A program made the position numbers and the translations under genes. A DNA stretch of 64,000 nucleotides from Eledone cirrhosa. Its lineage: Eukaryota. The number at the start of each line of letters is the position of its first letter. The first letter of the stretch is position 1. The stretch is from NCBI GenBank assembly GCA_964016885.1, contig OZ024740.1, positions 319,300,001 to 319,364,000 of the forward strand. Direction: 5' to 3'. This document shows, piece by piece, positions 13,301-29,200 of the stretch. The notes beneath the pieces are model-generated. The model worked only from the letters and a program-made list of their open reading frames with translations. It did not search any database and had not been told where the DNA came from.

Positions 13301-16300
13301 CCACAACTTACATTCTATCTGACGTTCTAACGATTCTACCCATTCGCTGTATTTCTACTAAAATACTAACTTCAAATAATCCAGGATTGTCTCGTCTATT
13401 TCCACAATCTACATTCTATCTCACATTCTAACGACTCTACCAATTCGAAGTCTTTCTACTACAGTACTCACAACAAATAATCAAGGTTTGTGTCGTCTAT
13501 TTCCACAACTTACATTCTATCTGACATTCTAACGACTCTACCAATTCGATGTCTTTCTACTACAATACTCACAACAAATAATCCAGGATTGTCTCGTCTA
13601 TTTCCACAACTTACATACTATCTGACATTCTAACGACTCTACCAATTCGAAGTCTTTCTACTACAATACTAACTTTAAATAATCCAGGATTGTCTCCTCT
13701 ATTTCAACAACTTACATTCTATCTGATATTCGAACGACTCTACCAATTCGAAGTATTTCTACTACAATACTAACAACAAATAATGCAGGATTGTCTCGTC
13801 TATTTCCACAACTTACATTCTATCTGACATTCTAACGACTCTACCAATTCGAAGTCTTTCTACTACAATACTCACAACAAATAATCCAGGATTGTCTCGT
13901 CTATTTCCACAACTTACGTTCTATCTGACATTCTAACGACTCTACCAATTCGATGTGTTTCTACTACAATACTCACAACAAATAATCCAGGATTGTCTCC
14001 TCTATTTCCACAACTTACATTCTATCTGACATTCTAACGACTCTACCAATTCGATGTGTTTCTACTACAATACTCACAACAAATAATCCAGGAATGTCTC
14101 GTCTATCTCCAGACCTTACATTCTATCTGACATTCTAACGACTCTATCAATTCGAAGTCTTTCTCCTACAATACTAACTTCAGATAATCCAGGATTGTCT
14201 CGTCTATTTCCACAACTTACATTCTATCTGACATTCTAACGACTCTACCAATTCGAAGTCTTTCTACTACAATACTAACAACAAATAATCTAGGATTGTC
14301 TCGTCTATTTCCACAACTTACATTCTATCTGACATTCTAACGACTGTACCAATTCGAAGCCTTTCTACTACAATACTCACAACAAATAATCCAGGATTGT
14401 CTCGTCTATTTCCACACCTTACATTCTATCTGACATTCTAACGACTCTACCAATTCGAAGTCTTTCTACTACAATACTAACTTCAAATAATCCAGGATTG
14501 TCTCGTCTATTTCCACAACTTACATTCTATCTGACATTCTAACGACTCTACCAATTCGAAGTCTTTATACTACAATACTAACAACAAATAATCTAGAATT
14601 GTCTCGTCTATTTCCACAACTTACATTCTATCTGACATTTTAACGACTCTACCAATTCGAAGTCTTTCTACTACAATACTCACAACAAATAATCCAGGAT
14701 TGTCTCGTCTATTTCCACACCTTACATTTTATCTGATATTCTAACGACTCTACGCATAAGCTGTATTTCTACTACAATACTAACTTCAAATAATCCAGGA
14801 TTGTCACGTCTATTTCCACAACTTACATACTATCTGATATTCTAACGACTCTACCAATTCGAAGTCTTTCTACCACAATACTAACAACAAATAATTTAGG
14901 ATTGTCTCGTCTATTTCCACAACTTACATTCTATCTGACGTTCTAACGATTCTACCCATTCGCTGTATTTCTACTAAAATACTAACTTCAAATAATCCAG
15001 GATTGTCTCGTCTATTTCCACAACTTACATTCTATCTGACATTCTAACGACTCGACCAATTCGAAGTCTTTCTACTACAATACTCACAACAAATAATCAA
15101 GGATTGTAACGTCTATTTCCACAACTTACATTCTATCTGACATTCTAACGACTCTACCAATTCGAAGTCTTTCTACTACAATACTCACAACAAATAATCA
15201 AGGATTGTAACGTCTATTTCCACAACTTAAATTCTATCTGACATTCTAACGACTCTACCAATTCGAAGTCTTTCTAATACAATACTCACAACAAATAATC
15301 CAGGATTGTCTCGTCTATTTCCACACCTTACATTCTATCTGACATTCTAACGACTCTACCAATTCGAAGTCTTTCTACTACAATACTCACAACAAATAAT
15401 CCAGCATAGTCTTGTCTATTTCCACAACACACATTCTAACTGACATTCTAACGACTCTACCAATTCGCTGTATTTCTACTACAATACTCACAACAAATAA
15501 TCCAGCATAGTCTTGTCTATTTCCACAACACACATTCTAACTGACATTCTAACGACTCTACCAATTCGAAGTCTTTCTACCACAATACTCACAACAAATC
15601 ATCCAGGATTGTCTCCTCTATTTCCACAACATACATTCTATCTGACATTCAATCGACTCTATCAATTTGAAGTCTTTCTACTACAATACTAATAACAAAT
15701 AATCCAGGATTGTCTCGTCTATTTCCACAAGTTACATTCTATCTGACATTCTAACGACTCTACCAATTCGAAGTCTTTCTACTACAATACTCACAACAAA
15801 TAATCCAGGATTGTCTCGTCTATTTCCACAACTTACATACTATCTGACATTCTAACGACTCTATCAATTCGAAGTCTTTTTACTACAATACTAACTTTAA
15901 ATAATCCAGAATTGTCTCCTCTATTTCAACAACTTACATTCTATCTGACATTCTAACGACTCTACCAATTCGAGGTCTTTCTACTACAATACTCACAACA
16001 AATAATCCAGGATTGTCTCGTCTATATCCACACCTTACATTCTATCTGACATTCTAACAACTCTACCAATTCGCTGTATTTCTACTAAAATACTAACTTC
16101 AAATAATCCAGGATTGTCTCATCTATTTCCACAATTTACATTCTATCTGATATTCGAACGACTCTACCAATTCGAAGTATTTCTACTACAATACTAACAA
16201 CAAATAATGCAGGATTGTCTCGTCTATTTCCACAACTTACATTCTATCTAACATTCTAACGACTCTACCAAATTGAAGTCTTTCTACTACAATACTCACA

Positions 16301-19300
16301 ACAAATAATCAAGGATTGTCTCGTCTATATCCACACCTTACATTCTATCTGACATTCTAACGACTCTACCAATTCGCTGTATTTCTACTAAAATACTAAC
16401 TTCAAATAATCCAGGATTGTCTCATCTATTTCCACAACTTACATTCTATCTAAAAGTCTAACGACTCTACCAATTCGAAGTCTTTCTACTACAATACTAA
16501 CAACAACTAATCTAGGATTGTCTCGTCTATTTCCACAACTTACATTCTATCTAACATTCTAACGACTCTACCAATTTGAAGTCTTTCTACTACAATACTC
16601 ACAACAAATAATCAAGGATTGTCTCGTCTATTTCCACACCTTACATTCTATCTGATATTCTAACGACTCTACCCATTCGCTGTATTTCTACTACAATACT
16701 AACTTCAGATAATCCAGGATTGTCACGTCTATTTCCACAACTTACATTCTATCTGATATTCTAACGACTCTACCAATTCGAAGTCTTTCTACTACAATAC
16801 TAACAACAAATAATTTAGGATTGTCTCGTTTATTTCCACAACTTACATTCTATCTGACGTTCTAACGATTCTACCCATTCGCTGTATTTCTACTAAAATA
16901 CTAACTTCAAATAATCCAGGATTGTCTCGTCTATTTCCACAACCTACATTCCATCTCACATTCTAACGACTCTACCAATTCGAAGTCTTTCTACTACAGT
17001 ACTCACAACAAATAATCAAGGTTTGTATCGTCTATTTCCACAACTTACATCCTATATGACATTCTAACGACGATACCAATTCGAAGTCTTTCTACTACAA
17101 TACTCACAACAAATAATCAAGGATTGTAACGTCTATTTCCACAACTTACATTCTATCTGACATTCTAACGACTCTACCAATTCGAAGTCTTTCTACTACA
17201 ATACTCACAACAAATAATCCAGGATTGTCTCGTCTATTTCCACACCTTACATTCTATCTGACATTCTAACGACTCTACCAATTCGAAGTCTTTCTACTAC
17301 AATACTCACAACAAATAATCCAGGATTGTCTCGTCTATTTCCACACCTTACATTCTATCTGACATTCTAACGACTCTACCAATTCGCTGTATTTCTACTA
17401 AAATACTAACTTCAAATAATCCAGGATTGTCTCATCTATTTCCACAATTTACATTCTATCTGATATTCGAACGACCCTACCAATTCGAAGTATTTCTACT
17501 ACAATACTAACAACAAATAATGCAGGATTGTAACGTCTATTTCCACAACTTACATTCTATCTGACATTCTAACGACTCTACCAATTCGAAGTCTTTCTAC
17601 TACAATACTCACAACAAATAATCAAGGATTGTCTCGTCTATTTCCACAACGTACATTCTATCTGACATTCTAACGACTCTCCTATTCGAAGTTTTTCTAC
17701 TACAATACTCACAACAAATAATCAAGGATTGTATCGTCTATTTCCACAACTTACATTCTATCTGACATTCTAACGACTCTACCAATTTGAAGTCTTTCTA
17801 CTACAATACTCACAACAAATAATCCAGAATTGTCTCGTCTATTTCCACAACTTACATTCTATCTGACATTCAAACGACTCTATCAATTCGAAGTCTTTCT
17901 CCTACAATACTAACTTCAGATAATCCAGGATTGTCTCGTCTATTTCCACAACTTACATGCTATCTGACATTCTAACGACTCTACCAATTCGAAGTCTTTC
18001 TACTACAATACTAACAACAAATAATCTAGGATTGTGTCGTCTATTTCCACAACTTACATTCTATCTGACATTCTAACGACTGTACCAATTCGAAGCCTTT
18101 CTACTACAATACTGACAACAAATAATCCAGGATTGTCTCATCTATTTCCACACCTTACATTCTATCTGACATTCTAACGACTCTACCAATTCGAAGTCTT
18201 TCTACTACAATACTAACTTCAAATAATCCAGGATTGTCTCGTCTATTTCCACAACTTACATTCTATCTGACATTCTAACGACTCTACCAATTCGAAGTCT
18301 TTCTACTACAATACTAACAACAAATAATTTAGGATTGTCTCGTCTATTTCCACAACTTATATTCTATCTGATATTCTAACGACTCTACGCATAAGCTGTA
18401 TTTCTACTACAATACTTACTTCAAATAATCCAGGATTGTCACGTCTATTTCCACAACTTACATACTATCTGATATTCTAACGACTCTACCAATTCGAAGT
18501 CTTTCTACTACAATACTAACAACAAATAATTTAGGATTGTCTCGTCTATTTCCACAACTTACATTCTATCTGACGTTCTAACGATTCTAACCATTCGCTG
18601 TATTTCTACTAAAATAGTAACTTCAAATAATCCAGGATTGTCTCGTCTATTTCCACAACTTACATTCTATCTGACATTCTAACGACTCGACCAATTCGAA
18701 GTTTTTCTACTACAATACTCACCACAAATAATCAAGGATTGAAACGTCTATTTCCACAACTTACATTCTATCTGACATTCTAACGACTCTACCAATTCAA
18801 AGACTTTCTACTACAATACTCACAACAAATAATCAAGGATTGTAACGTCTATTTCCACACCTTACATTCTATCTGACATTCTAACGACTCTACCAATTCG
18901 AAGTCTTTCTACTACAATACTCACAACAAATAATCCAGCATAGTCTTGTCTATTTCCACAACACACATTCTAACTGACATTCTAACGACTCTACCAATTC
19001 GCTGTATTTCTACTACAATACTCACAACAAATAATCCAGCATAGTCTTGTCTATTTCCACAACACACATTCTAACTGACATTCTAACGACTCTACCAATT
19101 CGAAGTCTTTCTACTACAATACTCACAACAAATCATCCAGGATTGTCTCCTCTATTTCCACAACATACATTCTATCTGACATTCAATCGACTCTATCAAT
19201 TCGAAGTCTTTCTACTACAATACTAATAACAAATAATCCAGGATTGTCTCGTCTATTTCGACAAGTTACATTCTATCTGACATTCTAACGACTCTACCAA

Positions 19301-20379
19301 TTCGAAGTCTTTCTACTACAATACTCACAACAATTAATCCAGGATTGTCTCGTCTATTTCCACAACTTACATACTATCTGACATTCTAACGACTCTATCA
19401 ATTCGAAGTCTTTCTACTACAATACTAACTTTAAATAATCCACGATTGTCTCCTCTATTTCAACAACTTACATTCTATCTGACATTCTAACGACTCTACC
19501 AATTCGAAGTCTTTCTACTACAATACTCACAACAAATAATCCAGGATTGTCTCGTCTATATCCACACCTTACATTCTATCTGACATTCTAACGACTCTAC
19601 CAATTCGCTGTATTTCTACTAAAATACTAACTTCAAATAATCCAGGATTGTCTCATCTATTTCCACAATTTACATTCTATCTGATATTCGAACGACTCTA
19701 CCAATTCGAAGTATTTCTACTACAATACTAACAACAAATAATGCAGGATTGTCTCGTCTATTTCCACAACTTACATTCTATCTAACATTCTAACGACTCT
19801 ACCAATTTGAAGTCTTTCTACTACAATACTCACAACAAATAATCAAGGATTGTCTCGTCTATATCCACACCTTACATTCTATCTGACATTCTAACGACTC
19901 TACCAATTCGCTGTATTTCTACTAAAATACTAACTTCAAATAATCCAGGATTGTCTCATCTATTTCCACAACTTACATTCTATCTAAAAGTCTAACGACT
20001 CTACCAACACGAAGACTTTCTACTACAATACTAACAACAACTAATCTAGGATTGTCTCGTCTATTTCCACAACTTACATTCTATCTAACATTCTAACGAC
20101 TCTACCAATTTGAAGTCTTTCTACTACAATACTCACAACAAATAATCAAGGATTGTCTCGTCTATTTCCACACCTTACATTCTATCTGATATTCTAACGA
20201 CTCTACCCATTCGCTGTATTTCTACTACAATACTAACTTCAAATAATCCAGGATTGTCACGTCTATTTCCACAACTTACATTCTATCTGATATTCTAACG
20301 ACTCTACCAATTCGAAGTCTTTCTACTACAATACTAACAACAAATAATTTAGGATTGTCTCGTTTATTTCCACAACTTA

Positions 20380-22320
20380 CATTCTATCTGACGTTCTAAC
20401 GATTCTACCCATTCGCTGTATTTCTACTAAAATACTAACTTCAAATAATCCAGGATTGTCTCGTCTATTTCCACAACCTACATTCCATCTCACATTCTAA
20501 CGACTCTACCAATTCGAAGTCTTTCTACTACAGTACTCACAACAAATAATCAAGGTTTGTATCGTCTATTTCCACAACTTACATTCTATATGACATTCTA
20601 ACGACTATACCAATTCGAAGTCTTTCTACTACAATACTCACAACAAATAATCAAGGATTGTAACGTCTATTTCCACAACTTACATTCTATCTGACATTCT
20701 AACGACTCTACCAATTCGAAGTCTTTCTACTACAATACTCACAACAAATAATCCAGGATTGTCTCGTCTATTTCCACACCTTACATTCTATCTGACATTC
20801 TAACGACTCTACCAATTCGAAGTCTTTCTACTACAATACTAACTTTAAATAATCCAGGATTGTCTCCTCTATTTCAACAACTTACATTCTATCTGACATT
20901 CTAACGACTCTACCAATTCGAGGTCTTTCTACTACAATACTCACAACAAATAATCCAGGATTGTCTCGTCTATTTCCACACCTTACATTCTATCTGACAT
21001 TCTAACGACTCTACCAATTCGCTGTATTTCTACTAAAATACTAACTTCAAATAATCCAGGATTGTCTCATCTATTTCCACAATTTACATTCTATCTGATA
21101 TTCGAACGACCCTACCAATTCGAAGTATTTCTACTACAATACTAACAACAAATAATGCAGGATTGTCTCGTCTATTTCCACAACTTACATTTTATCTGAC
21201 ATTCTAACGACTCTACCAATTTGAAGTCTTTCTACTACAATACTCACAACAAATAATCAAGGATTGTCTCGTCTATATCCACACCTTACATTCTATCTGA
21301 CATTCTAACGACTCTACCAATTCGCTGTATTTCTACTACAATACTAACTTCAAATAATCCAGGATTGTCTCATCTATTTCCACAACTTACATTCTATCTA
21401 AAAGTCTAACGACTCTACCAACACGAAGTCTTTCTACTACAATACTAACAACAACTAATCTAGGATTGTCTCGTCTATTTCCACAACTTACATTCTATCT
21501 GACGTTCTAACGATTCTACCCATTCGCTGTATTTCTACTAAAATACTAACTTCAAATAATCCAGGATTGTCTCGTCTATTTCCACAACCTACATTCCATC
21601 TCACATTCTAACGACTCTACCAATTCGAAGTCTTTCTACTACAGTACTCACAACAAATAATCAAGGTTTGTATCGTCTATTTCCACAACTTACATTCTAT
21701 ATGACATTCTAACGACTATACCAATTCGAAGTCTTTCTACTACAATACTCACAACAAATAATCAAGGATTGTAACGTCTATTTCCACAACTTACATTCTA
21801 TCTGACATTCTAACGACTCTACCAATTCGAAGTCTTTCTACTACAATACTCACAACAAATAATCCAGGATTGTCTCGTCTATTTCCACACCTTACATTCT
21901 ATCTGACATTCTAACGACTCTACCAATTCGAAGTCTTTCTACTACAATACTAACTTTAAATAATCCAGGATTGTCTCCTCTATTTCAACAACTTACATTC
22001 TATCTGACATTCTAACGACTCTACCAATTCGAGGTCTTTGTACTACAATACTCACAACAAATAATCCAGGATTGTCTCGTCTATTTCCACACCTTACATT
22101 CTATCTGACATTCTAACGACTCTACCAATTCGCTGTATTTCTACTAAAATACTAACTTCAAATAATCCAGGATTGTCTCATCTATTTCCACAATTTACAT
22201 TCTATCTGATATTCGAACGACCTTACCAATTCGAAGTATTTCTACTACAATACTAACAACAAATAATGCAGGATTGTCTCGTCTATTTCCACAACTTACA
22301 TTTTATCTGACATTCTAACG
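20380..22320. repeat. Block repeated at an 11-monomer (1111 bp) offset
   Basis: AACTTTAAAT at 20841/21952; the ACAACCTACATTCCATCTCAC and GAACGACC variants recur at the same offset. Confidence 0.8.
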
Positions 22321-23639
22321 ACTCTACCAATTCGAAGTCTTTCTACTACAATACTCACAACAAATAATCAAGGATTGTCTCGTCTATTTCCACAACGTAC
22401 ATTCTATCTGACATTCTAAGGACTCTACCTATTCGAAGTTTTTCTACTACAATACTCACAACAAATAATCAAGGATTGTCTCGTCTATTTCCACACCTTA
22501 CATTCTATCTGATATTCTAACGACTCTACCCTTTCGCTGTATTTCTACTACAATACTAACTTCAAATAATCCAGGATTGTCACGTCTATTTCCACAACTT
22601 ACATTCTATCTGATATTCTAACGACTCTACCAATTCGAAGTCTTTCTACTACAATACTAACAACAAATAATTTAGGATTGTCTCGTTTATTTCCACAACT
22701 TACATTCTATCTGACGTTCTAACGATTCTACCCATTCGCTGTATTTCTACTAAAATACTAACTTCAAATAATCCAGGATTGTCTCGTCTAATTCCACAAC
22801 CTACATTCCATCTCACATTCTAACGATTCTACCAATTCGAAGTCTTTCTACTACAGTACTCACAACAAATAATCAAGGTTTGTATCGTCTATTTCCACAC
22901 CTTACATTCTATCTGACATTCTAACGACTCTACCAATTCGCTGTATTTCTACTAAAATACTAACTTCAAATAATTCAGGATTGTCTCATCTATTTCCACA
23001 TTTTACATACTATCTGACATTCTAACGACTCTACCTATTCGAAGTTTTTCTACTACAATACTCACAACAAATAATCAAGGATTGTATCGTCTATTTCCAC
23101 AACTTACATTCTATCTGACATTCTAACGACTCTACCAATTTGAAGTCTTTCTACTACAATACTCACAACAAATAATCCAGAATTGTCTCGTCTATTTCCA
23201 CAACTTACATTCTATCTGACATTCTAACGACTCTACCAATTCGAAGTCTTTCTACTACAATACTAACAACAAATAATCTAGGATTGTCTCGTCTATTTCC
23301 ACAACTTACATTCTATCTGACATTCTAACGACTGTACCAATTCGAAGCCTTTCTACTACAATACTCACAACAAATATTCCAGGATTGTCTCGTCTATTTC
23401 CACACCTTACATTCTATCTGACATTCTAACGACTCTACCAATTCGAAGTCTTTCTACTACAATACTAACTTCAAATAATCCAGGATTGTCTCGTCTATTT
23501 CCACAACATACATTCTATCTGACATTCTAACGACTCTACCAATTCGAAGTCTTTATACTACAATACTAACAACAAATAATCTAGGATTGTATCGTCTATT
23601 TCCACAACTTACATTCTATCTGACATTCTAACGACTCTA

Positions 23640-24560
23640 CCAATTCGAAGTCTTTCTACTACAATACTCAAAACAAATAATCCAGGATTGTCTCGTCTAT
23701 TTCCACACCTTACATTTTATCTGATATTCTAACGACTCTACGCATAAGCTGTATTTCTACTACAATACTTACTTCAAATAATCAAGGATTGTCACGTCTA
23801 TTTCCACAACTTACATACTATCTGATATTCTAACAACTCTACCAATTCGAAGTCTTTCTACTACAATACTAACAACAAATAATTTAGGATTGTCTCGTCT
23901 ATTTCCACAACTTACATTCTATCTGACGTTCTAACGATTCTACCCATTCGCTGTATTTCTACTAAAATACTAACTTCAAATAATCCAGGATTGTCTCGTC
24001 TATTTCCACAACTTACATTCTATCTGACATTCTAACGACTCGACCAATTCGAAGTCTTTCTACTACAATACTCACAACAAATAATCCAGGATTGTCTCGT
24101 CTATTTCCACACCTTACATTCTATCTGACATTCTAACGACTCTACCAATTCGAAGTCTTTCTACTACAATACTCACAACAAATAATCCAGGATTGTCTCG
24201 TCTATTTCCACACCTTACATTTTATCTGATATTCTAACGACTCTACGCATAAGCTGTATTTCTACTACAATACTTACCTCAAATAATCCAGGATTGTCAC
24301 GTCTATTTCCACAACTTACATACTATCTGATATTCTAACGACTCTACCAATTCGAAGTCTTTCTACTACAATACTAACAACAAATAATTTAGGATTGTCT
24401 CGTCTATTTCCACAACTTACATTCTATCTGACGTTCTAACGATTCTACCCATTCGCTGTATTTCTACTAAAATACTAACTTCAAATAATCCAGGATTGTC
24501 TCGTCTATTTCCACAACTTACATTCTATCTGACATTCTAACGACTGGACCAATTCGAAGT
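23640..24560. repeat. 5-monomer (505 bp) tandem duplication
   Basis: CGCATAAGCTG at 23741/24246 and the rare TACTTAC variant at 23766/24271. Confidence 0.8.
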
Positions 24561-26279
24561 CTTTCTACTACAATACTCACAACAAATAATCAAGGATTGT
24601 AACGTCTATTTCCACAACTTAAATTCTGACATTCTAACGACTCTACCAATTCGAAGTCTTTCTACTACTATACTCACAACAAATAATCCAGGATTGTCTC
24701 GTCTATTTCCACACCTTACATTCTATCTGACATTCTAACGACTCTACCAATTCGAAGTCTTTCTACTACAATACTCACAACAAATAATCCAGCATAGTCT
24801 TGTCTATTTCCACAAGACACATTCTAACTGACATTCTAACGACTCTACCAATTCGCTGTATTTCTACTAAAATACTAACTTCAAATAATCCAGGATTGTC
24901 TCATCTATTTCCACAATTTACATTCTATCTGATATTCGAACGACTCTACCAATTCGAAGTATTTCTACTACAATACTAACAACAGATAATGCAGGATTGT
25001 CACGTCTATTTCCACAACTTACATTCTATCTGACATTCTAACGACTCTACCAATTCGAAGTCTTTGTACTACAATACTCACAACAAATAATCAAGGATTG
25101 TCTCGTCTATTTCCACAACTTACATTCTATCTAAAGTCTAACGACTCTACCAAATCGAAGTCTTTCTACTACAATACTCACAACAAATAATCAAGGATTG
25201 TCTCGTCTATTTCCACACCTTACATTCTATCTGAAATTCTAACGACTCTACCCATTCTCTGTATTTTTACTACAATACTAACTTCAAATAATCCAGGATT
25301 GTCTCGTCTATTTCCACAACTTACATTCTATCTGACATTCTAACGACTCTACCAATTCGAAGTCATTCTACTACAATACTCACAACAAATAATCCAGGAT
25401 TGTCTCGTCTATTTCCACAACTTACATTCTATCTAAAAGTCTAACGACTCTACCGATTCGAAGTCTTTCTACTACAATACTAACAACAACTAATCTAGGA
25501 TTGTCTCGTCTATTTCCACAACTTACATTCTATCTAACATTCTAACGACTCTAGCAATTTAAAGTCTTTCTACTACAATACTCACAACAAATAATCAAGG
25601 ATTGTCTCGTCTATTTCCACACCTTACATTCTATCTGATATTCTAACGACTCTACCTATTCGCTGTATTTCTACTACAATACTAACTTCAAATAATCCAG
25701 GATTGTCACGTCTATTTCCACAACTTACATTCTATCTGATATTCTAACGACTCTACCAATTCGAAGTCTTTCTACTACAGTACTCACAACAAATAATCAA
25801 GGTGTGTATCGTCTATTTCCACAACTTACATTATATATGACATTCTAACGACTATACCAATTCGAAGTCTTTCTACTACAATACTCACGACAAATAATCA
25901 AGGATTGTAACGTCTATTTCCAAAACTTACATTCTATCTGACATTCTAACGACTCTACCAATTCGAAGTCTTTCTACTACAATACTCACAACAAATAATC
26001 CAGGATTGTCTCGTCTATTTCCACACCTTACATTCTATCTGACATTCTAACGACTCTACCAATTCGAAGTCTTTCTACTACAATACTCACAACAAATAAT
26101 CCAGGATTGTCTCGTCTATTTCCACAACTTACATACTATCTGACATTCTAACGACTCTACCAATTCGAAGTCTTTCTACTACAATACTAACTTTAAATAA
26201 TCCTGGATTGTCTCCTCTATTTCAACAACTTACATTCTATCTGACATTCTAACGACTCTACCAATTCGAGGTCTTTCTA

Positions 26280-29200
26280 CTACAATACTAACAACAAATA
26301 ATCTAGGATTGTCTCGTCTATTTCCACAACTTACATTCTATCTGACATTCTAACGACTGTACCAATTCGAAGCCTTTCTACTACAATACTCACAACAAAT
26401 AATCTAGTATTGTCTCGTCTATTTCCACAACTTACATTCTATCTGACATTCTAACGACTCTACCAATTCGAAGTCTTTCTACTACAATACTCACAACAAA
26501 TAATCCAGGATTGTCTCGTCTATTTCCACACCTTACATTTTATCTGATATTCTAACGACTCTACGCATAAGCTGTATTTCTACTACAATACTAACTTCAA
26601 ATAATCCAGGATTGTCACGTCTATTTCCACAACTTACATACTATCTGATATTCTAACGACTCTACCAATTCGAAGTCTTTCTACTACAATACTAACAACA
26701 AATAATTTAGGATTGTCTCGTCTATTTCCACAACTTACATTCTATCTGACGTTCTAACGATTCTACCCATTCGCTGTATTTCTACTAAAATACTAACTTC
26801 AAATAATCCAGGATTGTCTCGTCTATTTCCATAACTTACATTCTATCTGACATTCTAACGACTCGACCAATTCGAAGTCTTTCTACTACAATACTCACAA
26901 CAAATAATCAAGGATTGTAACGTCTATTTCCACAACTTACATTCTATCTGACATTCTAACGACTCTACCAATTCGAAGTCTTTCTACTACAATACTCACA
27001 ACAAATGATCCAGGATTGTCTCGTCTATTTCCACACCTTACATTCTATCTGACATTCTAACGACTCTACCAATTCGAAGTCTTTCTACTACAATACTCAC
27101 AACAAATTATCCAGGATTGTCTCCTCTATTTCCACAACTTACATTCTATCTGACATGCTAACGACTCTACCAATTCGCTGTATTTCTACTACAATACTCA
27201 CAACAAATAATCCAGCATAGTCTTGTCTATTTCCACAACACACATTCTAACTGACATTCTAACGACTCTACCAATTCGAAGTCTTTCTACTACAATACTC
27301 ACAACAAATCATCCAGGATTGTCTCCTCTATTTCCACAACATACATTCTATCTGACATTCAATCGACTCTATCAATTCGAAGTCTTTCTACTACAATACT
27401 AATAACAAATAATCCAGGATTGTCTCGTCTATTTCCACAAGTTACAATCTATCTGACATTCTAACGACTCTACCAATTCGAAGTCTTTCTACTACAATAC
27501 TCACAACAAATAATCCAGGATTGTCTCGTCTATTTCCACAACTTACATACTATCTGACATTCTAACGACTCTATCAATTCGAAGTCTTTCTACTACAATA
27601 CTAACTTTAAATAATCCAGGATTGTCTCCTCTATTTCAACAACTTACATTCTATCTGACATTCTAACGACTCTACCAATTCGAAGTATTTCTACTACAAT
27701 ACTAACAACAAATAATGCAGGATTGTCTCGTCTATTTCCACAACTTACATTCTATCTGACATTCTAACGACTCTTCCAATTCGAAGTCTTTCTACTACAA
27801 TACTCACAACAAATAATCAAGGATTGTCTCGTCTATTTCCACAACGTACATTCTATCTGACATTCTAACGACTCTACCTATTCGAAGTTTTTCTACTACA
27901 ATACTCACAACAAATAATCAAGGATTGTATCGTCTATTTCCACAACTTACATTCTATCTGACATTCTAACGACTCTACCAATTTGAAGTCTTACTACTAC
28001 AATACTCACAACAAATAATCCAGAATTGTCTCGTCTATTTCCACAACTTACATTCTATCTGACATTCAAACGACTCTATCAATTCGAAGTCTTTCTCCTA
28101 CAATACTAACTTCAGATAATCCAGGATTGTCTCGTCTATTTCCACAACTTACATTCTATCTGACATTCTAACGACTCTACCAATTCGAAGTCTTTCTACT
28201 ACAATACTAACAACAAATAATCTAGAATTGTCTCGTCTATTTCCACAACTTTCATTCTATCTGACATTCTAACGACTCTACCAATTCGAAGTCTTTCTAC
28301 TACAATACTCACAACAAATAATCAAGGATTGTATCGTCTATTTCCACAACTTACATTCTATCTGACATTCTAACGACTCTACCAATTCGAAGTCTTTCTA
28401 CTACAATACTAACTTCAAATAATCCAGGATTGTCTCGTCTATTTCCACAACTTACATTCTATCTGACATTCTAACAACTCTACCCATAAGCTGTATTTCT
28501 ACTAATATACTAACTTCAAATAATCCAGGATTGTCACGTCTATTTCCACAACTTACATTCTATCTGATATTCTAACGACTCTACCAATTCGAAGTCTTTC
28601 TACTACAATCCTAACAACAAATAATTTAGGATTGTCTCGTCTATTTCCACAACTTACATTCTATCTGACGTTCTAACGATTCTACCCATTCGCTGTATTT
28701 CTACTAAAATACTAACTTCAAATAATCCAGGATTGTCTCGTCTATTTCCACAAATTACATTCTATCTAACATTCTAACGACTCGACCAATTCGAAGTCTT
28801 TCTACTACAATACTCACAACAAATAATCAAGTATTGTAACGTCTATTTCCACAACTTGCATTCTATCTGACATTCTAACAACTCTACCAATTCGAAGTCT
28901 TTCTACTACAATACTCACAACAAATAATCCAGGATTCTCTCGTCTATTTCCACACCTTACATTCTATCTGACATTCTAACGACTCTACCAATTCGAAGTC
29001 TTTATACTACAATACTCACAACAAATAATCCAGGATTCTCTCGTCTATTTCCACAATTTACATACTATCTGACATTCTAACGATTCTACCAATTCGAAGT
29101 CTTTCTACTACAATACTAACTTTCATTAATCCAGGATTGTCTCCTCTATTTCCACAATTTACATTCTATCTGACATGCTAACGACTCTACCAATTCGCTG

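Noticed and set aside
5200-15401. Offset of exactly 101 x 101 bp between two copies
   Set aside because: Numerical coincidence: it is the sum of 63- and 38-monomer spacings.
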